Origin: Gemmatimonadota bacterium | GTDB lineage: Bacteria > Gemmatimonadota > Gemmatimonadetes > Gemmatimonadales > Gemmatimonadaceae | Direction: 5' to 3' | Assembly: GCA_040389905.1 (NCBI GenBank) | Contig: JAZJZK010000012.1 | Coordinates: forward strand, 1-62,918 | Length of the DNA stretch: 62,918 nt | Part shown: positions 26,638-36,567 of the stretch, one piece after another | Layout: the number at the start of each line of letters is the position of its first letter | How positions within the stretch are numbered: the first letter of the stretch is position 1 | Translations under genes and position numbers: made by a program | Notes under the pieces: model-generated | Told to the model about the DNA's origin: nothing | What the model saw: the letters and a program-made list of their open reading frames with translations, nothing else | Databases searched by the model: none

Positions 26638-28227
26638 ATGATGATCAAGATGCTCAACACCGCACTCCGGCTGCTTTGCGTAGCCTCCGTCGCCGGCGCG
26701 CAGACTCCGCGCTACGACCTGCTCATCGCCGGTGGCACTGTGATCGACGGAACCGGCGCGGAGCGGTACCGCGCCGATGTCGCGATCACGGGCGATCGTA
26801 TCGCGCTGGTCTCTCGCGTGCCGATTCCAAGCACCGACGCGCGTCGAGTCATGAACGCGACCGGGCGCATCGTCTCGCCGGGTTTCATCGACCTTCACGC
26901 ACACCTCGAGCCGCTGCCCGAACTCAACGGTGCCGAGAGTGCCGTCACGCAAGGCGTAACGCTGGCGTTGGGTGGGCCCGACGGCTCCTCCCCCTGGCCA
27001 TTCGCACCCTACCTCGCCGCACGTGAGGCGCAGGGCATCGGCATCAACGTCGCCTTCCTCGTCGGACACAATACCGTTCGCCGCGCCGTCATGGGCGAGG
27101 CTGCGCGCGCGCCCTCGACGAACGAGCTGGCACGCATGCGTGCGATGATCGCACAGGGAATGGGCGAAGGAGCGTTCGGGATCAGCACCGGCCTGTTCTA
27201 CGTGCCTGGCACGTACTCGGAGATCGAGGAAGTCATCGCCCTGTCAAAGGTGGCCGCCGACTCCGGTGGCATTTACACATCGCACCTGCGCAAGGAAGGG
27301 CTCGGACTCTTCGACGGAGTTGCCGAGGCAATCGAGATCGGGCGGCGAGCGCACATTCCCATCGTGCTCACGCACCACAAGGCCGTCGGCCAACAGATGT
27401 GGGGCAAGAGCGTCGTGACGCTCGCGATGCTCGACTCCGCGCGGAAGGCCGGAGTGGACGTGATGGCGGACGTCTATCCGTACACGGCAACCCATACGGG
27501 AATTTCCGCGCTCATTCCCAGTTGGGCGCTCGCCGACGGCGACAGCGCGTTCAAGCGGCGCATCAGCGATGCAGCGCTGAAGGACAGCATCACTCGCGGC
27601 ATCGTGTTCAACATCCTCAACGACCGCGGCGGTGGCGACCTCGCACGCGTGCAGTTCTCACGCGTCTCGTGGGACAAGACCCTCGAAGGAAAGACGCTCG
27701 CCGACTGGGCCACTCGGCGCGGCCTTCCTCTTACGCCGGAGAATGGCGCCGCATTGGTCATCGAAGCGCAGCGGAACGGCGGAGCGAACGCGATCTATCA
27801 TGTCCTCGACGAGGCGGACGTGCGCCGCATCATGAGCCACCCACAGACGATGATTGCGTCGGATGGACGACTGAGCCAGCCCGGAGACGGACACCCGCAC
27901 CCGCGCGCATACGGGACGTTTCCCCGGGTGCTTGGCCACTATGTCCGTGAGGAACACGTCCTCACGCTGGAGCAGGCGGTACACAAGATGACGGAGATGC
28001 CGGCGGCACGGCTTGGACTTCGCGATCGTGGTGTACTGCGGGCTGGGGCGGCGGCGGATCTGGTGGTGTTCGATGCGGCGACGATTGCGGATAGGGCGAC
28101 CTTCGCGGAGCCACACCAGTACGCGGTTGGGATCGATGCCGTGCTCGTGAATGGCGTGCTTGCGGTCGACAAGGGGAAAGTGACCGGCGCGCGGAGTGGA
28201 AAGGTCTTGCGGCGGCGGCCACAGTAG
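26638..28227 (+). CDS. N-acyl-D-amino-acid deacylase (D-aminoacylase) family, secreted
   Basis: Motifs PGFIDLHAH, YTSHLR, THHK, DVYPY, ASDG, HPRAYGTFPRVLG, ADLVVFD. Exact start among several Met codons is uncertain. Confidence 0.92.
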   Translation: MMIKMLNTALRLLCVASVAGAQTPRYDLLIAGGTVIDGTGAERYRADVAITGDRIALVSRVPIPSTDARRVMNATGRIVSPGFIDLHAHLEPLPELNGAESAVTQGVTLALGGPDGSSPWPFAPYLAAREAQGIGINVAFLVGHNTVRRAVMGEAARAPSTNELARMRAMIAQGMGEGAFGISTGLFYVPGTYSEIEEVIALSKVAADSGGIYTSHLRKEGLGLFDGVAEAIEIGRRAHIPIVLTHHKAVGQQMWGKSVVTLAMLDSARKAGVDVMADVYPYTATHTGISALIPSWALADGDSAFKRRISDAALKDSITRGIVFNILNDRGGGDLARVQFSRVSWDKTLEGKTLADWATRRGLPLTPENGAALVIEAQRNGGANAIYHVLDEADVRRIMSHPQTMIASDGRLSQPGDGHPHPRAYGTFPRVLGHYVREEHVLTLEQAVHKMTEMPAARLGLRDRGVLRAGAAADLVVFDAATIADRATFAEPHQYAVGIDAVLVNGVLAVDKGKVTGARSGKVLRRRPQ

Positions 28228-28330
28228 CAGTTTCTTTGCGCCGCACAGATGAGTCAGGTGCTCAGTGATCGGCCGCCGCCAACAGAGTGTCCGAGTCGGG
28301 AAGAGCACGCCTCTTGCTAGACCTTTCTGT

Positions 28331-29182
28331 ATGCCCGCAATCTGGAAAGGCTCCCTCGCGTTCGGCCTCGTCAATATTCCCGTTGAACTTCGGCCCGCGG
28401 TGCGCGCCGGCGAAAAGCTCTCCTTTCGCCAGCTCGACAAGAAGCACCACAAGCCCATCAAGTACGATCGTGTCTCGACCGTCGACGGCAAATCCGTCCC
28501 ATGGTCCGACATCGTCAAGGGCTTCGAGATCTCCAAGGGCAAGTTCGTCGTGATCGATGCGAAGGACTTCAAGTCCGCAGAGCCCGAGATGTCGCGGGTT
28601 CTGGAGATGACGGACTTCGTCCCTTCCGACTCCATCGATCCCAGATACTTCGACTCGCCGTACTTTCTCGTGCCGCGCGAGGGTGGCGACAAGGCGTACG
28701 CCCTGCTCCGCGACGCCCTCGAGGCAACGGGAAAGGTGGGTATCGGCACCTTCGCGCTTCGGCAGAAACAACACCTGGCTGCCGTGAAACCGATGGGCAA
28801 TGCGCTGGTGCTCGAGCTCATGCGCTTCAACGCGGAGCTCGTCGATCCTGACGAAATGAAATTTCCGACGTCCGCCGGTGCAAAGGTGCGCCCGCAGGAG
28901 CGTGAGATGGCCGTGAAGCTCATCGAGACGCTCGCCAATGAATTCGACCCGGCGAAATACAAGGACGAATACCACGAGAAGCTGAAGGCGATCATCAAGG
29001 CGAAAGCGAAGGGTAAAGCGCTACCGGTCGAGGCAATCGAAACCCGCGAGAACACGAAGATCGTGGATCTCGTCGCCCGCCTTCAGGAGAGCCTCGCCGC
29101 GAGCAAGGGCGGCAGCGGCTCCAGGAAAACCGCGGCGAAAAAGTCCGCGCGCAAGACAACGCGCAAGCGCAAGACCGCCTAG
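28331..29182 (+). CDS. ku: Ku protein (NHEJ)
   Basis: IWKGSLAFGLVNIPV, DIVKGFE, IDPRYFDSPYFL, FDPAKYKDEY; basic C-terminal tail. Confidence 0.96.
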   Translation: MPAIWKGSLAFGLVNIPVELRPAVRAGEKLSFRQLDKKHHKPIKYDRVSTVDGKSVPWSDIVKGFEISKGKFVVIDAKDFKSAEPEMSRVLEMTDFVPSDSIDPRYFDSPYFLVPREGGDKAYALLRDALEATGKVGIGTFALRQKQHLAAVKPMGNALVLELMRFNAELVDPDEMKFPTSAGAKVRPQEREMAVKLIETLANEFDPAKYKDEYHEKLKAIIKAKAKGKALPVEAIETRENTKIVDLVARLQESLAASKGGSGSRKTAAKKSARKTTRKRKTA

Positions 29183-29191
29183 TCACGCGAT

Positions 29192-30190
29192 ATGCCTCGC
29201 CCACCCTCGCCGATGCTGGCATCTCCGGCCGGCAGCCTGCCAACGCTGTCCGGTTGGACCATCGAGCCCAAGTGGGACGGCATTCGCGTACTCGCCGAGA
29301 TCAGCACGCGACACGTGCGCTTGTGGAGCCGAAACGGGATCGACAAGGCGCACCAATTCGCCGAGGTGGCCGAGGCACTCGCCCACGTCGCGGAGGAGCA
29401 CGGATCGCTGTTGCTCGACGGTGAGCTCATCGCGATCGACCGGTCCGGCAAACCTCTGCGCTTTCAAGCGCTTCAGGCGCGCGGTCTGTCGCCGGAAACG
29501 CGAACGGCGTTTGTCGCCTTTGACATCGTCGCCGCCGGCAAGCAGGATCTCGCGCCAGAACCGTGGACGATCCGCCGCGCGGTGCTCGAATCACTCGTGA
29601 AGAAGTCCTCGCGCGCCATCGTGCGGCTGGGAGACTCGTATCGATGCGGAACGGCCGGCGCAAAGCGGCTCTTCACCGCGGCGCGAACGCACGGGTGGGA
29701 GGGGCTTATTCTCAAGCGCATGGACTCCACCTACACGCCGGGACAGCGGTCGCCACTCTGGCGCAAGGTCAAGCTCGAGCACGAGCAGGAGTTCGTCATC
29801 GGCGGATACACGCTCCCTGCCAAGGGCGCGGACCGTGCTCACCTTGGCGCACTGCTCGTCGGGTATTTCGACGATTGCGGTGATCTTCACTATGCCGGAA
29901 AGGTCGGCACCGGCTACACCCGCGCAACCCTCGTCGATCTCGGCAAGCGACTCGGCTACCTTCGCCGTGCAACGACGCCGTTCGTGGATGCACCTCGCCG
30001 GGTTGAGGCGCCGGTGTGGGTGAAGCCCACGCTCGTTGCGCAGGTGCGCTACAACGAGATGACGTCCGCCGGCGTGCTCAGGCAGCCGAGCTTTGTCGGG
30101 TTGCGTGACGACAAGAAGGCCGCCGATGTCCGCCTCGAATCCGACACCTCGAGCGGCGCGATACTCGACACACTTCGGTGCGCGTCCTGA
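29192..30190 (+). CDS. ligD: ATP-dependent DNA ligase, LigD ligase domain only
   Basis: EPKWDG adenylation motif, LLDGE, FDI, EGLILK, WRKVK, OB domain GKVGTG...LRQPSFVGLRDDK. Confidence 0.9.
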   Translation: MPRPPSPMLASPAGSLPTLSGWTIEPKWDGIRVLAEISTRHVRLWSRNGIDKAHQFAEVAEALAHVAEEHGSLLLDGELIAIDRSGKPLRFQALQARGLSPETRTAFVAFDIVAAGKQDLAPEPWTIRRAVLESLVKKSSRAIVRLGDSYRCGTAGAKRLFTAARTHGWEGLILKRMDSTYTPGQRSPLWRKVKLEHEQEFVIGGYTLPAKGADRAHLGALLVGYFDDCGDLHYAGKVGTGYTRATLVDLGKRLGYLRRATTPFVDAPRRVEAPVWVKPTLVAQVRYNEMTSAGVLRQPSFVGLRDDKKAADVRLESDTSSGAILDTLRCAS

Positions 30191-30205
30191 GCCTCCTCAG
30201 CCGGG

Positions 30206-32167
30206 CTAACTGACCATTACCAACCGAACGGACGAATCTCGCACCAGCAGCAACTGCGCCTGCGTTTCATCGTCGCGCTTGCGTATCAGGTGCGCAATCG
30301 CCGCGCGCGTCAGTGGTTTCTCGATCACCTCGACCGCCCCGACTGCCTTGTTCCGCGACTCCTGCGCAACCACACTGACGATGACGACCGGAATGTGCGC
30401 GAGCTCGTGATCTCGCTTGATCTCCTGAAGGGCGTCGAGCCCGGATTTGCCCGGCATCATCACGTCCATCGTGATGAGGTCGGGATTCACTCGCCGAGAC
30501 AACGCGATTCCTTCGTCCGCACTCGCCGCGAGGAATACCTCGCAGCCCAGATCCTCGAATTCATTCTGAATCAGCGTCCGTGAGTCGGCTTCGTCGTCGA
30601 CCACGAGTACCCTGAACCTCGACCGGCGAGACGGGTCACCGACGCCGGCGCTCGCGTCGAACGGGGAGACGATCGGGGCCGCGGCCGGAATCAGGTCCGG
30701 TCCGAGGACGATGCTGAATGTCGTACCGACGCCGACCTCGCTCCGTACCTCGATCCGCCAGCCCATCAATTCGGCGAGCGAACGCGTGATGGTGAGACCG
30801 AGCCCCGTGCCGCCGTACTGTCGCGCCGTGGTGTTGTCGGCCTGCCGAAATGCGTCGAAGACCGACTGCAGGCGGTCGGCGGGAATCCCGATACCGGTAT
30901 CCATCACGTCGATGCGTGCGGGCCGCGCATTGCGCACATCAGGCACCACCCGAATCGTCACGCTGCCCTGCTTGGTGAACTTGAGCGCGTTGCCGACGAG
31001 GTTGATGATGATCTGCTTGAGCCGCGACCGATCGGCGTACAGCAGTCCAACGTTGGACGGCACGTCCGCGATCAGCGCGACTTCGGTGTCCGACGGCGCG
31101 GCCATCTCGTCGAGCGTCTCGCGCACGAGATCGGGAAGGTCCACGGTCGTCATCTCGAGCTCCATACGGCCCGCCTCGATCTTCGACAGATCGAGGACGC
31201 CGTTGATGACGCCGAGGAGGTGCGTGCCGTTCGCAGTGATGCGCGAGAGGTGCGTCATGTCGACGGGACGAAGATTTCCCGCCTTGTTCTTGAGCATGAT
31301 GTTGCTGAAACCGATGATCGAATTCAGCGGCGTCCGCAGCTCGTGGCTCATGTTCGACAGGAACTCGCTCTTCGCCCGATTCGTCGCTTCCGCCGCTTCC
31401 TTTTCCGCGCGAAGCTGCATTTCCACGCTCTTCGAGCGGACGAGGCGGTCAAGCATCGCTGCAATGAGCGCCAACCCGACTATCAGCACGCCGGCCACGG
31501 CCACAAGAATCGCGAGGAAGATCGGCGGCAGGCCGGTCTCTGGGGTTACTCCCGCCGCGACCGGAATGAAGTTGGCCGCCGCCATTCCGGTGTAGTGCAT
31601 ACCGGCGATGGCGAGCCCCATCACCACCGCCGCACCGCCGCGAAGCATTTTGCCGCGCGCCGATTCGGCGCCACGTAGCCGCCGCGCAATCTGAAGTGCG
31701 ACATACGATGCCGCGATGGCGATCGCGACGGAGGTCCAGTAGAGCAGCGAATCGTACGCGATGGTTGCGTCCATGCGCATGCCCGACATGCCGATGTAGT
31801 GCATCCCCGCGATCGCGATACCCATCGCCAGCGCCGCAGCCAGAAGTTGCACCGGACGGACCAGCGGTCGGGCCGCGATGTACAGGGCGAAGTACGACGC
31901 GCCGACGGCAACCGCGATCGAAGCCACGAGCTGCGGAAGTGCGTACACCACCGGGATCGGAATCCGAAGCGCGAGCATGCCCACGAAATGCATGCTCCAG
32001 ATGCCGACTCCCATCGCCAACGCCCCGCCGCCCAACCAGATCGCGCGCGTTCGGCCCTCAGCGGCATGTACACGACCCGCGAGGTCGAGTGCCGTGTACG
32101 ACGCGAGCATCGCGATCAGGATTGAAAGTGCGACGAGGCTGGCGCTGTACGTCTGAAGAAGCGGCAC
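30206..32167 (-). CDS. Hybrid sensor histidine kinase with MHYT domain
   Basis: MHFVGM, MHYIGM and MHYTGM repeats; [24 protein letters not shown] domain. GTG start at 32167 is a best guess. Confidence 0.92.
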   Translation of the reverse strand: MPLLQTYSASLVALSILIAMLASYTALDLAGRVHAAEGRTRAIWLGGGALAMGVGIWSMHFVGMLALRIPIPVVYALPQLVASIAVAVGASYFALYIAARPLVRPVQLLAAALAMGIAIAGMHYIGMSGMRMDATIAYDSLLYWTSVAIAIAASYVALQIARRLRGAESARGKMLRGGAAVVMGLAIAGMHYTGMAAANFIPVAAGVTPETGLPPIFLAILVAVAGVLIVGLALIAAMLDRLVRSKSVEMQLRAEKEAAEATNRAKSEFLSNMSHELRTPLNSIIGFSNIMLKNKAGNLRPVDMTHLSRITANGTHLLGVINGVLDLSKIEAGRMELEMTTVDLPDLVRETLDEMAAPSDTEVALIADVPSNVGLLYADRSRLKQIIINLVGNALKFTKQGSVTIRVVPDVRNARPARIDVMDTGIGIPADRLQSVFDAFRQADNTTARQYGGTGLGLTITRSLAELMGWRIEVRSEVGVGTTFSIVLGPDLIPAAAPIVSPFDASAGVGDPSRRSRFRVLVVDDEADSRTLIQNEFEDLGCEVFLAASADEGIALSRRVNPDLITMDVMMPGKSGLDALQEIKRDHELAHIPVVIVSVVAQESRNKAVGAVEVIEKPLTRAAIAHLIRKRDDETQAQLLLVRDSSVRLVMVS

Positions 32168-32344
32168 TGTTTCGCTCTCAATACAAGATGGTCCAGCGGT
32201 ACGCAATGCGAACGCGAGCTCAACGTGCAGTATCGGCAACCCGTCATCCTATCACAAGCCGCTCGTCGTGTCACGCCGAGCACTGCAACGCGTCGTCACC
32301 CCGAGCGCTGAAGTCGTCACGAAACGGCTTCCAATGTTGACCGA

Positions 32345-34537
32345 CTACATGATCCGAACACTACCCGAGGCGCGGGCCGGCTGCTGCCGCAATTCCGCCA
32401 CGATCGTCCGCAGGTCCGACGTGAGATCCGCGTCGCGCCGAAGGACGGTCGCTCCGAATTCCAGGGGCTCCGTGAAAGTGTCGATCAACGTGTCCGAAAC
32501 CACCACGACGACACGAATTCTGACGGTTTTTGGATCCTCACGCAATGACGCGACCCATTCCGATACACGCGTATCCCACCGGCTGACGTCGAGCACAACC
32601 AGGTCAGGAGCGCGGGCCGACACGAGGAAATGCGCAGCCGCTTCCTCGACCCCCGCGACCACCTCGAGTGTCGTGTCGTCGAGGGACGCCAGCTCCCGAT
32701 ACCGATGCACGTCGCTGCGGTCGTCCTGCACGAGGACCACCCTCGGCCGCGTCGCGTCGCTGACGTTGCGACGAATGACCTCGGAAAGCGTCTCGCGCGT
32801 GACGGGCTTCTCGATGAAATCCATGGCGCCGAGCAGGCGGCCTCGCTTCTCGCGCGCAATCAGGCTGACGATGACGACCGGAATATCGCGCAACTCCCGG
32901 TCCCCCTTGAGCTCACGCAGCGCCTCCCATCCATTCTTGCGCGGCATCATGATATCCAGCGTGATGAGGTCCGGCCGCATCCGCCTTGCAAGCGCGATGC
33001 CCTCGTCCGCCCCACTCGCCGTGGCCACCTCACAGCCGAGTTCCTCGAGCTGGTCCTTGAGGATCGTTCGCGCGTCGAACTCGTCGTCGATGACCAGGAC
33101 GCGAAATGGACGCCCTCCGTGCGCCAGCGTCGCTTCCGTCACGGCAAGCCGTATGTCACCCGAGTAGCGCGCCACCTGCTCCGTCGGCCGGTCGCGGCGT
33201 GCGATGTGGACACTGAAGGTCGAGCCCACGCCCGCCTCGCTCTGCACCGTGATTTCCCAACCCATCAGGTGTGCGAGCGATCGCGTAATCGTCAGCCCGA
33301 GCCCCGTCCCCCCGTACTGCCGTGAGGTGGTGGTGTCTTCCTGTTGAAACGCCTCGAAGACTGCATCGATGCGGTCCGCGGCGATACCGATCCCTGTGTC
33401 GATCACGTCGATGCGGGCGGCGAGCCCCGTTCGAGAGTCCGGGATGACGCGCAACGTGACCGTCCCGGCGTGCGTGAACTTGATCGCATTCCCGAGCAGG
33501 TTGAGGATGATCTGCTTGAGCCGGCTGCGGTCAGTATGCAGGAAGCCGACTGCGGGAATCTCAGCCAGTAGCGCCACCTCGCGCAGTTCCGCCTGTGGTT
33601 CGAGCTCGCTCAGGCTCTCATACATCAGGGCCGCGACATCCACCGATGTCAGGTCGAGCTGCATCTGCCGGGCATCGATCTTCGAGAGATCGAGCACGCC
33701 GTTGATCAGTGTCAGCAGGTGCGAGCCGTTCGCCGTGATGCGCTTGAGGTAGGTGACGTCCTGCGGTCGCAAGTTCTCCTTCGTGTTGCGCAGCAGGATG
33801 TTGCCGAACCCGATGATCGAATTGAGCGGCGTCCGCAACTCATGACTCATGTTCGCGAGGAAGTTGCTCTTCGCCTCGTTCGCCGCCTCGGCCGCGCGGA
33901 GCGCGACTTCGAGTTCGTGCGAGCGCTCGACGAGAAGTGCGCTCTTTTCCTCGATCTGCGCCGCTTGCTGCCGGATCTGACGTCCATGCCGCAGCACGTT
34001 CTGTGACTGCATCCACGTGTTGTAGCTGAAGACGGTCATGAATGCAGCGACGACCGCGATGCTCAACACCTGAGTGAGGAGCGACGCGCCGAGGAAATCG
34101 AACTCGAACGCGGTGATCCAGCCCATGAAGAGGATGCCGAGCACGAACCAGACGATGCCGCGTGCGGCGAACTTCGGGCCGCCGTTGAGCACATTCCCCG
34201 CATTGATGCCGAGAAAGCCTGTCGCGCTTGGCCAGATACTGAAGCCTGTGAGGGGGACTGCGCAGCCGATGAAGAAGGAATCGATGAGAAGATTGCGCAG
34301 CTCGGCCGTCTTTGTGTCCATGCTCCGGCTCGCAATGAAGCGCGCGACGTGCGGCCAGACGAGGAGGTGCCAGATGAACAGCGACCACACCCACGGCCCC
34401 TCGTTCCGCGGCCAGATATGAATGCCGTACAGCAGGAGGTACAGCGGATACGTAGTGACACGGACCAGATAGTCCAGACGGACGATCCGGTGAACCCGGT
34501 TCGGCAGCTCGAGAGTGGAGTGACTCGAATGGCTCAT
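32345..34537 (-). CDS. Hybrid sensor histidine kinase with MASE2-like membrane domain and two REC(-like) domains
   Basis: [14 protein letters not shown]...[14 protein letters not shown] (AdrA/MASE2-like); [27 protein letters not shown]; degenerate second REC. Confidence 0.88.
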   Translation of the reverse strand: MSHSSHSTLELPNRVHRIVRLDYLVRVTTYPLYLLLYGIHIWPRNEGPWVWSLFIWHLLVWPHVARFIASRSMDTKTAELRNLLIDSFFIGCAVPLTGFSIWPSATGFLGINAGNVLNGGPKFAARGIVWFVLGILFMGWITAFEFDFLGASLLTQVLSIAVVAAFMTVFSYNTWMQSQNVLRHGRQIRQQAAQIEEKSALLVERSHELEVALRAAEAANEAKSNFLANMSHELRTPLNSIIGFGNILLRNTKENLRPQDVTYLKRITANGSHLLTLINGVLDLSKIDARQMQLDLTSVDVAALMYESLSELEPQAELREVALLAEIPAVGFLHTDRSRLKQIILNLLGNAIKFTHAGTVTLRVIPDSRTGLAARIDVIDTGIGIAADRIDAVFEAFQQEDTTTSRQYGGTGLGLTITRSLAHLMGWEITVQSEAGVGSTFSVHIARRDRPTEQVARYSGDIRLAVTEATLAHGGRPFRVLVIDDEFDARTILKDQLEELGCEVATASGADEGIALARRMRPDLITLDIMMPRKNGWEALRELKGDRELRDIPVVIVSLIAREKRGRLLGAMDFIEKPVTRETLSEVIRRNVSDATRPRVVLVQDDRSDVHRYRELASLDDTTLEVVAGVEEAAAHFLVSARAPDLVVLDVSRWDTRVSEWVASLREDPKTVRIRVVVVVSDTLIDTFTEPLEFGATVLRRDADLTSDLRTIVAELRQQPARASGSVRIM

Positions 34538-34688
34538 GGGCCCCGGGAAATCCTGGCGCACGGACATGCCAGGGCGATGCACCGGCACAATCCGAGTATC
34601 GGACGGCCGAACAAAAGTGTTGAATTCGCACGCCCTCCGGCAACCCTGCACTTCTGGGGCTTGGTGCGCGGAGATAACCTTAGCTGCA

Positions 34689-34768
34689 AGGGGACAGGAG
34701 ACAGGGGACAGGTGACAGGTAACACCCACTGAAGCCCTTCCTCTCCCCTGACCCCTGTCCCCTGCCCT
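34689..34768. repeat. Inverted heptamer tandem repeats
   Basis: Five AGGnGAC-like units at 34689-34723 and four CTGnCCC-like units at 34741-34768, mutually complementary. Confidence 0.85.
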
Positions 34769-34779
34769 CTTTTTACCAA

Positions 34780-35790
34780 ATGACCAGTTCCCTGAACACA
34801 CGCCCCACAGACGACCATCGCGATCTCGAATTGCTCGAGCAGCTCGCGACCGCGCGGGCGGCGCTCAATGCACAGATCGCGCGCCGGATCGTCGGCCAGC
34901 GCGAAGTCGTAGACAATCTCGTCGCCGCCATTCTCGCCGGGGGGCATGCGCTGCTCGTCGGCGTGCCCGGGTTGGCGAAGACCCTCCTCGTGCAGACCGT
35001 GGCGCAGGCGCTCGACCTCCAGTTCTCGCGCGTGCAGTTCACACCCGACCTCATGCCGAGCGACATCACGGGCACGGAGCTCCTGGAGGAAGATCATACG
35101 AACGGTCGTCGTTTCTTCAAGTTCGTGCAGGGGCCGGTCTTTGCAAACATCGTCCTCGCCGACGAAATCAACCGCGCCCCACCGAAGACGCAGGCCGCCC
35201 TCCTCCAGGCCATGCAGGAGCACAACGTGACCGCCGCCGGCAAGACACACCGGCTTCCGGAGCCATTCTTCGTGCTGGCCACGCAGAATCCGATCGAGCA
35301 GGAAGGCACCTACCCGCTACCGGAAGCGCAGCTTGACCGCTTCATGGTTCAGCTGACGGTCGGCTATCCCTCGCGCGAGGAAGAGGAGCGCATCGTTGCC
35401 GAGACGACGACCGACCGCGAGGTCGAGGTGACGCCGGTGTTGACCGGCGCGCAGTTGAGTGACCTGCTACACCTCGTTCGCCGGCTGCCGGCGGCTCCGA
35501 GCATCGTGGCGTACGCGGTGAAGCTGGCGCGGAGCACGCGTCCCGACGCGCCCGAAGCGTCGGCCCAGGTGAAGAAATACGTCAGCTGGGGCGCCGGACC
35601 GCGTGCCTCGCAGTACCTCATTCTCGGTGCCAAGGCACGCGCGGCGATGGATGGCCGCTCCATGCCCGATCTCGAGGACGTGCAGGCGATGGCGCTGCCG
35701 GTGCTCGGTCACCGCGTCGTATTGAACTTCCAGGCGGAAGCAGAGGGGATTACGAGCACCTCGTTGATCAAGGCGCTCGACTCGCGTTAA
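34780..35790 (+). CDS. MoxR-family AAA+ ATPase
   Basis: [68 protein letters not shown]. Confidence 0.96.
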   Translation: MTSSLNTRPTDDHRDLELLEQLATARAALNAQIARRIVGQREVVDNLVAAILAGGHALLVGVPGLAKTLLVQTVAQALDLQFSRVQFTPDLMPSDITGTELLEEDHTNGRRFFKFVQGPVFANIVLADEINRAPPKTQAALLQAMQEHNVTAAGKTHRLPEPFFVLATQNPIEQEGTYPLPEAQLDRFMVQLTVGYPSREEEERIVAETTTDREVEVTPVLTGAQLSDLLHLVRRLPAAPSIVAYAVKLARSTRPDAPEASAQVKKYVSWGAGPRASQYLILGAKARAAMDGRSMPDLEDVQAMALPVLGHRVVLNFQAEAEGITSTSLIKALDSR

Positions 35791-36193
35791 AGCCGGCGCT
35801 GTAATCGGCACGGCTGCGCGTGTTCCTCTAAGCTACGACGTCGTAACTCCTTATTTTTCAGCTACTTGCATGTTTTCATGCATGTCGGCGAAGCGCGCCG
35901 CTATGGCGGACTGGTCATCGCGAAATCCCGGGCTGAGAAACTGTTAAGCGACGCGTATCGGCAGCCGATACTGCAACGGAGATGTCCGGGCATCTCCTGA
36001 CACCGCTCGATTTTCACGATAGTCTGTGGCGTACCTCACAGCGTTTGCCGGTGCTGGACCGTCTACTTGTGCAAAAGCTCTTCTGGCGGCAAACTAGCGC
36101 TTAGAATATCTTAAGCGTACCGATGGCGGCCCGAGCTATTACGCTGGACTCGTCATCCGGGCGTGGACCAGAGCCTTCACTCTACAAACCATC

Positions 36194-36430
36194 ATGGCAC
36201 TCCCTCCTGCTCCAGACCTCAAGAAGCTCGACTGTACGAACCCCGGGCGCGGCCCGTGGCGCGTCATTCCCGACATCGCCAACCGCTCGATCAACATCAG
36301 GCATCAGCGGAGCCACTTTGTCCACAAGGTCTATTACGGGACCCGGACGGAGCGCACTGAGGAGGATGCCGAGCGTCAGGCAGTCGCCCTGTGCGCGGTG
36401 CTGAATGCGCTCAAGGCAAAGCGGCCCTAG
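36194..36430 (+). CDS. Small basic hypothetical protein (78 aa)
   Basis: Host-like GC-rich third positions; fills the gap; no recognised motif. Confidence 0.6.
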   Translation: MALPPAPDLKKLDCTNPGRGPWRVIPDIANRSINIRHQRSHFVHKVYYGTRTERTEEDAERQAVALCAVLNALKAKRP

Positions 36431-36567
36431 TACCACGCAGCAGCGGGCTGTCGGGCGGCATCAATAGCGAACACCGGAGGGCTCGCGCATCTTGAACTGG
36501 TGCGCGGGCCCTCGCTCGCCTCTCGGCCCGAATCGGGCCGCCATTCTGAATGGAGCGCTTGAGCACG

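Noticed and set aside
27658..29055. 465-aa minus-strand ORF
   Set aside because: Antisense to ku and the D-aminoacylase gene.
34689..34768. CRISPR array interpretation of the short repeats (also 39075, 55916)
   Set aside because: Units are 7-9 nt, tandem, without spacers, and no cas genes are present.
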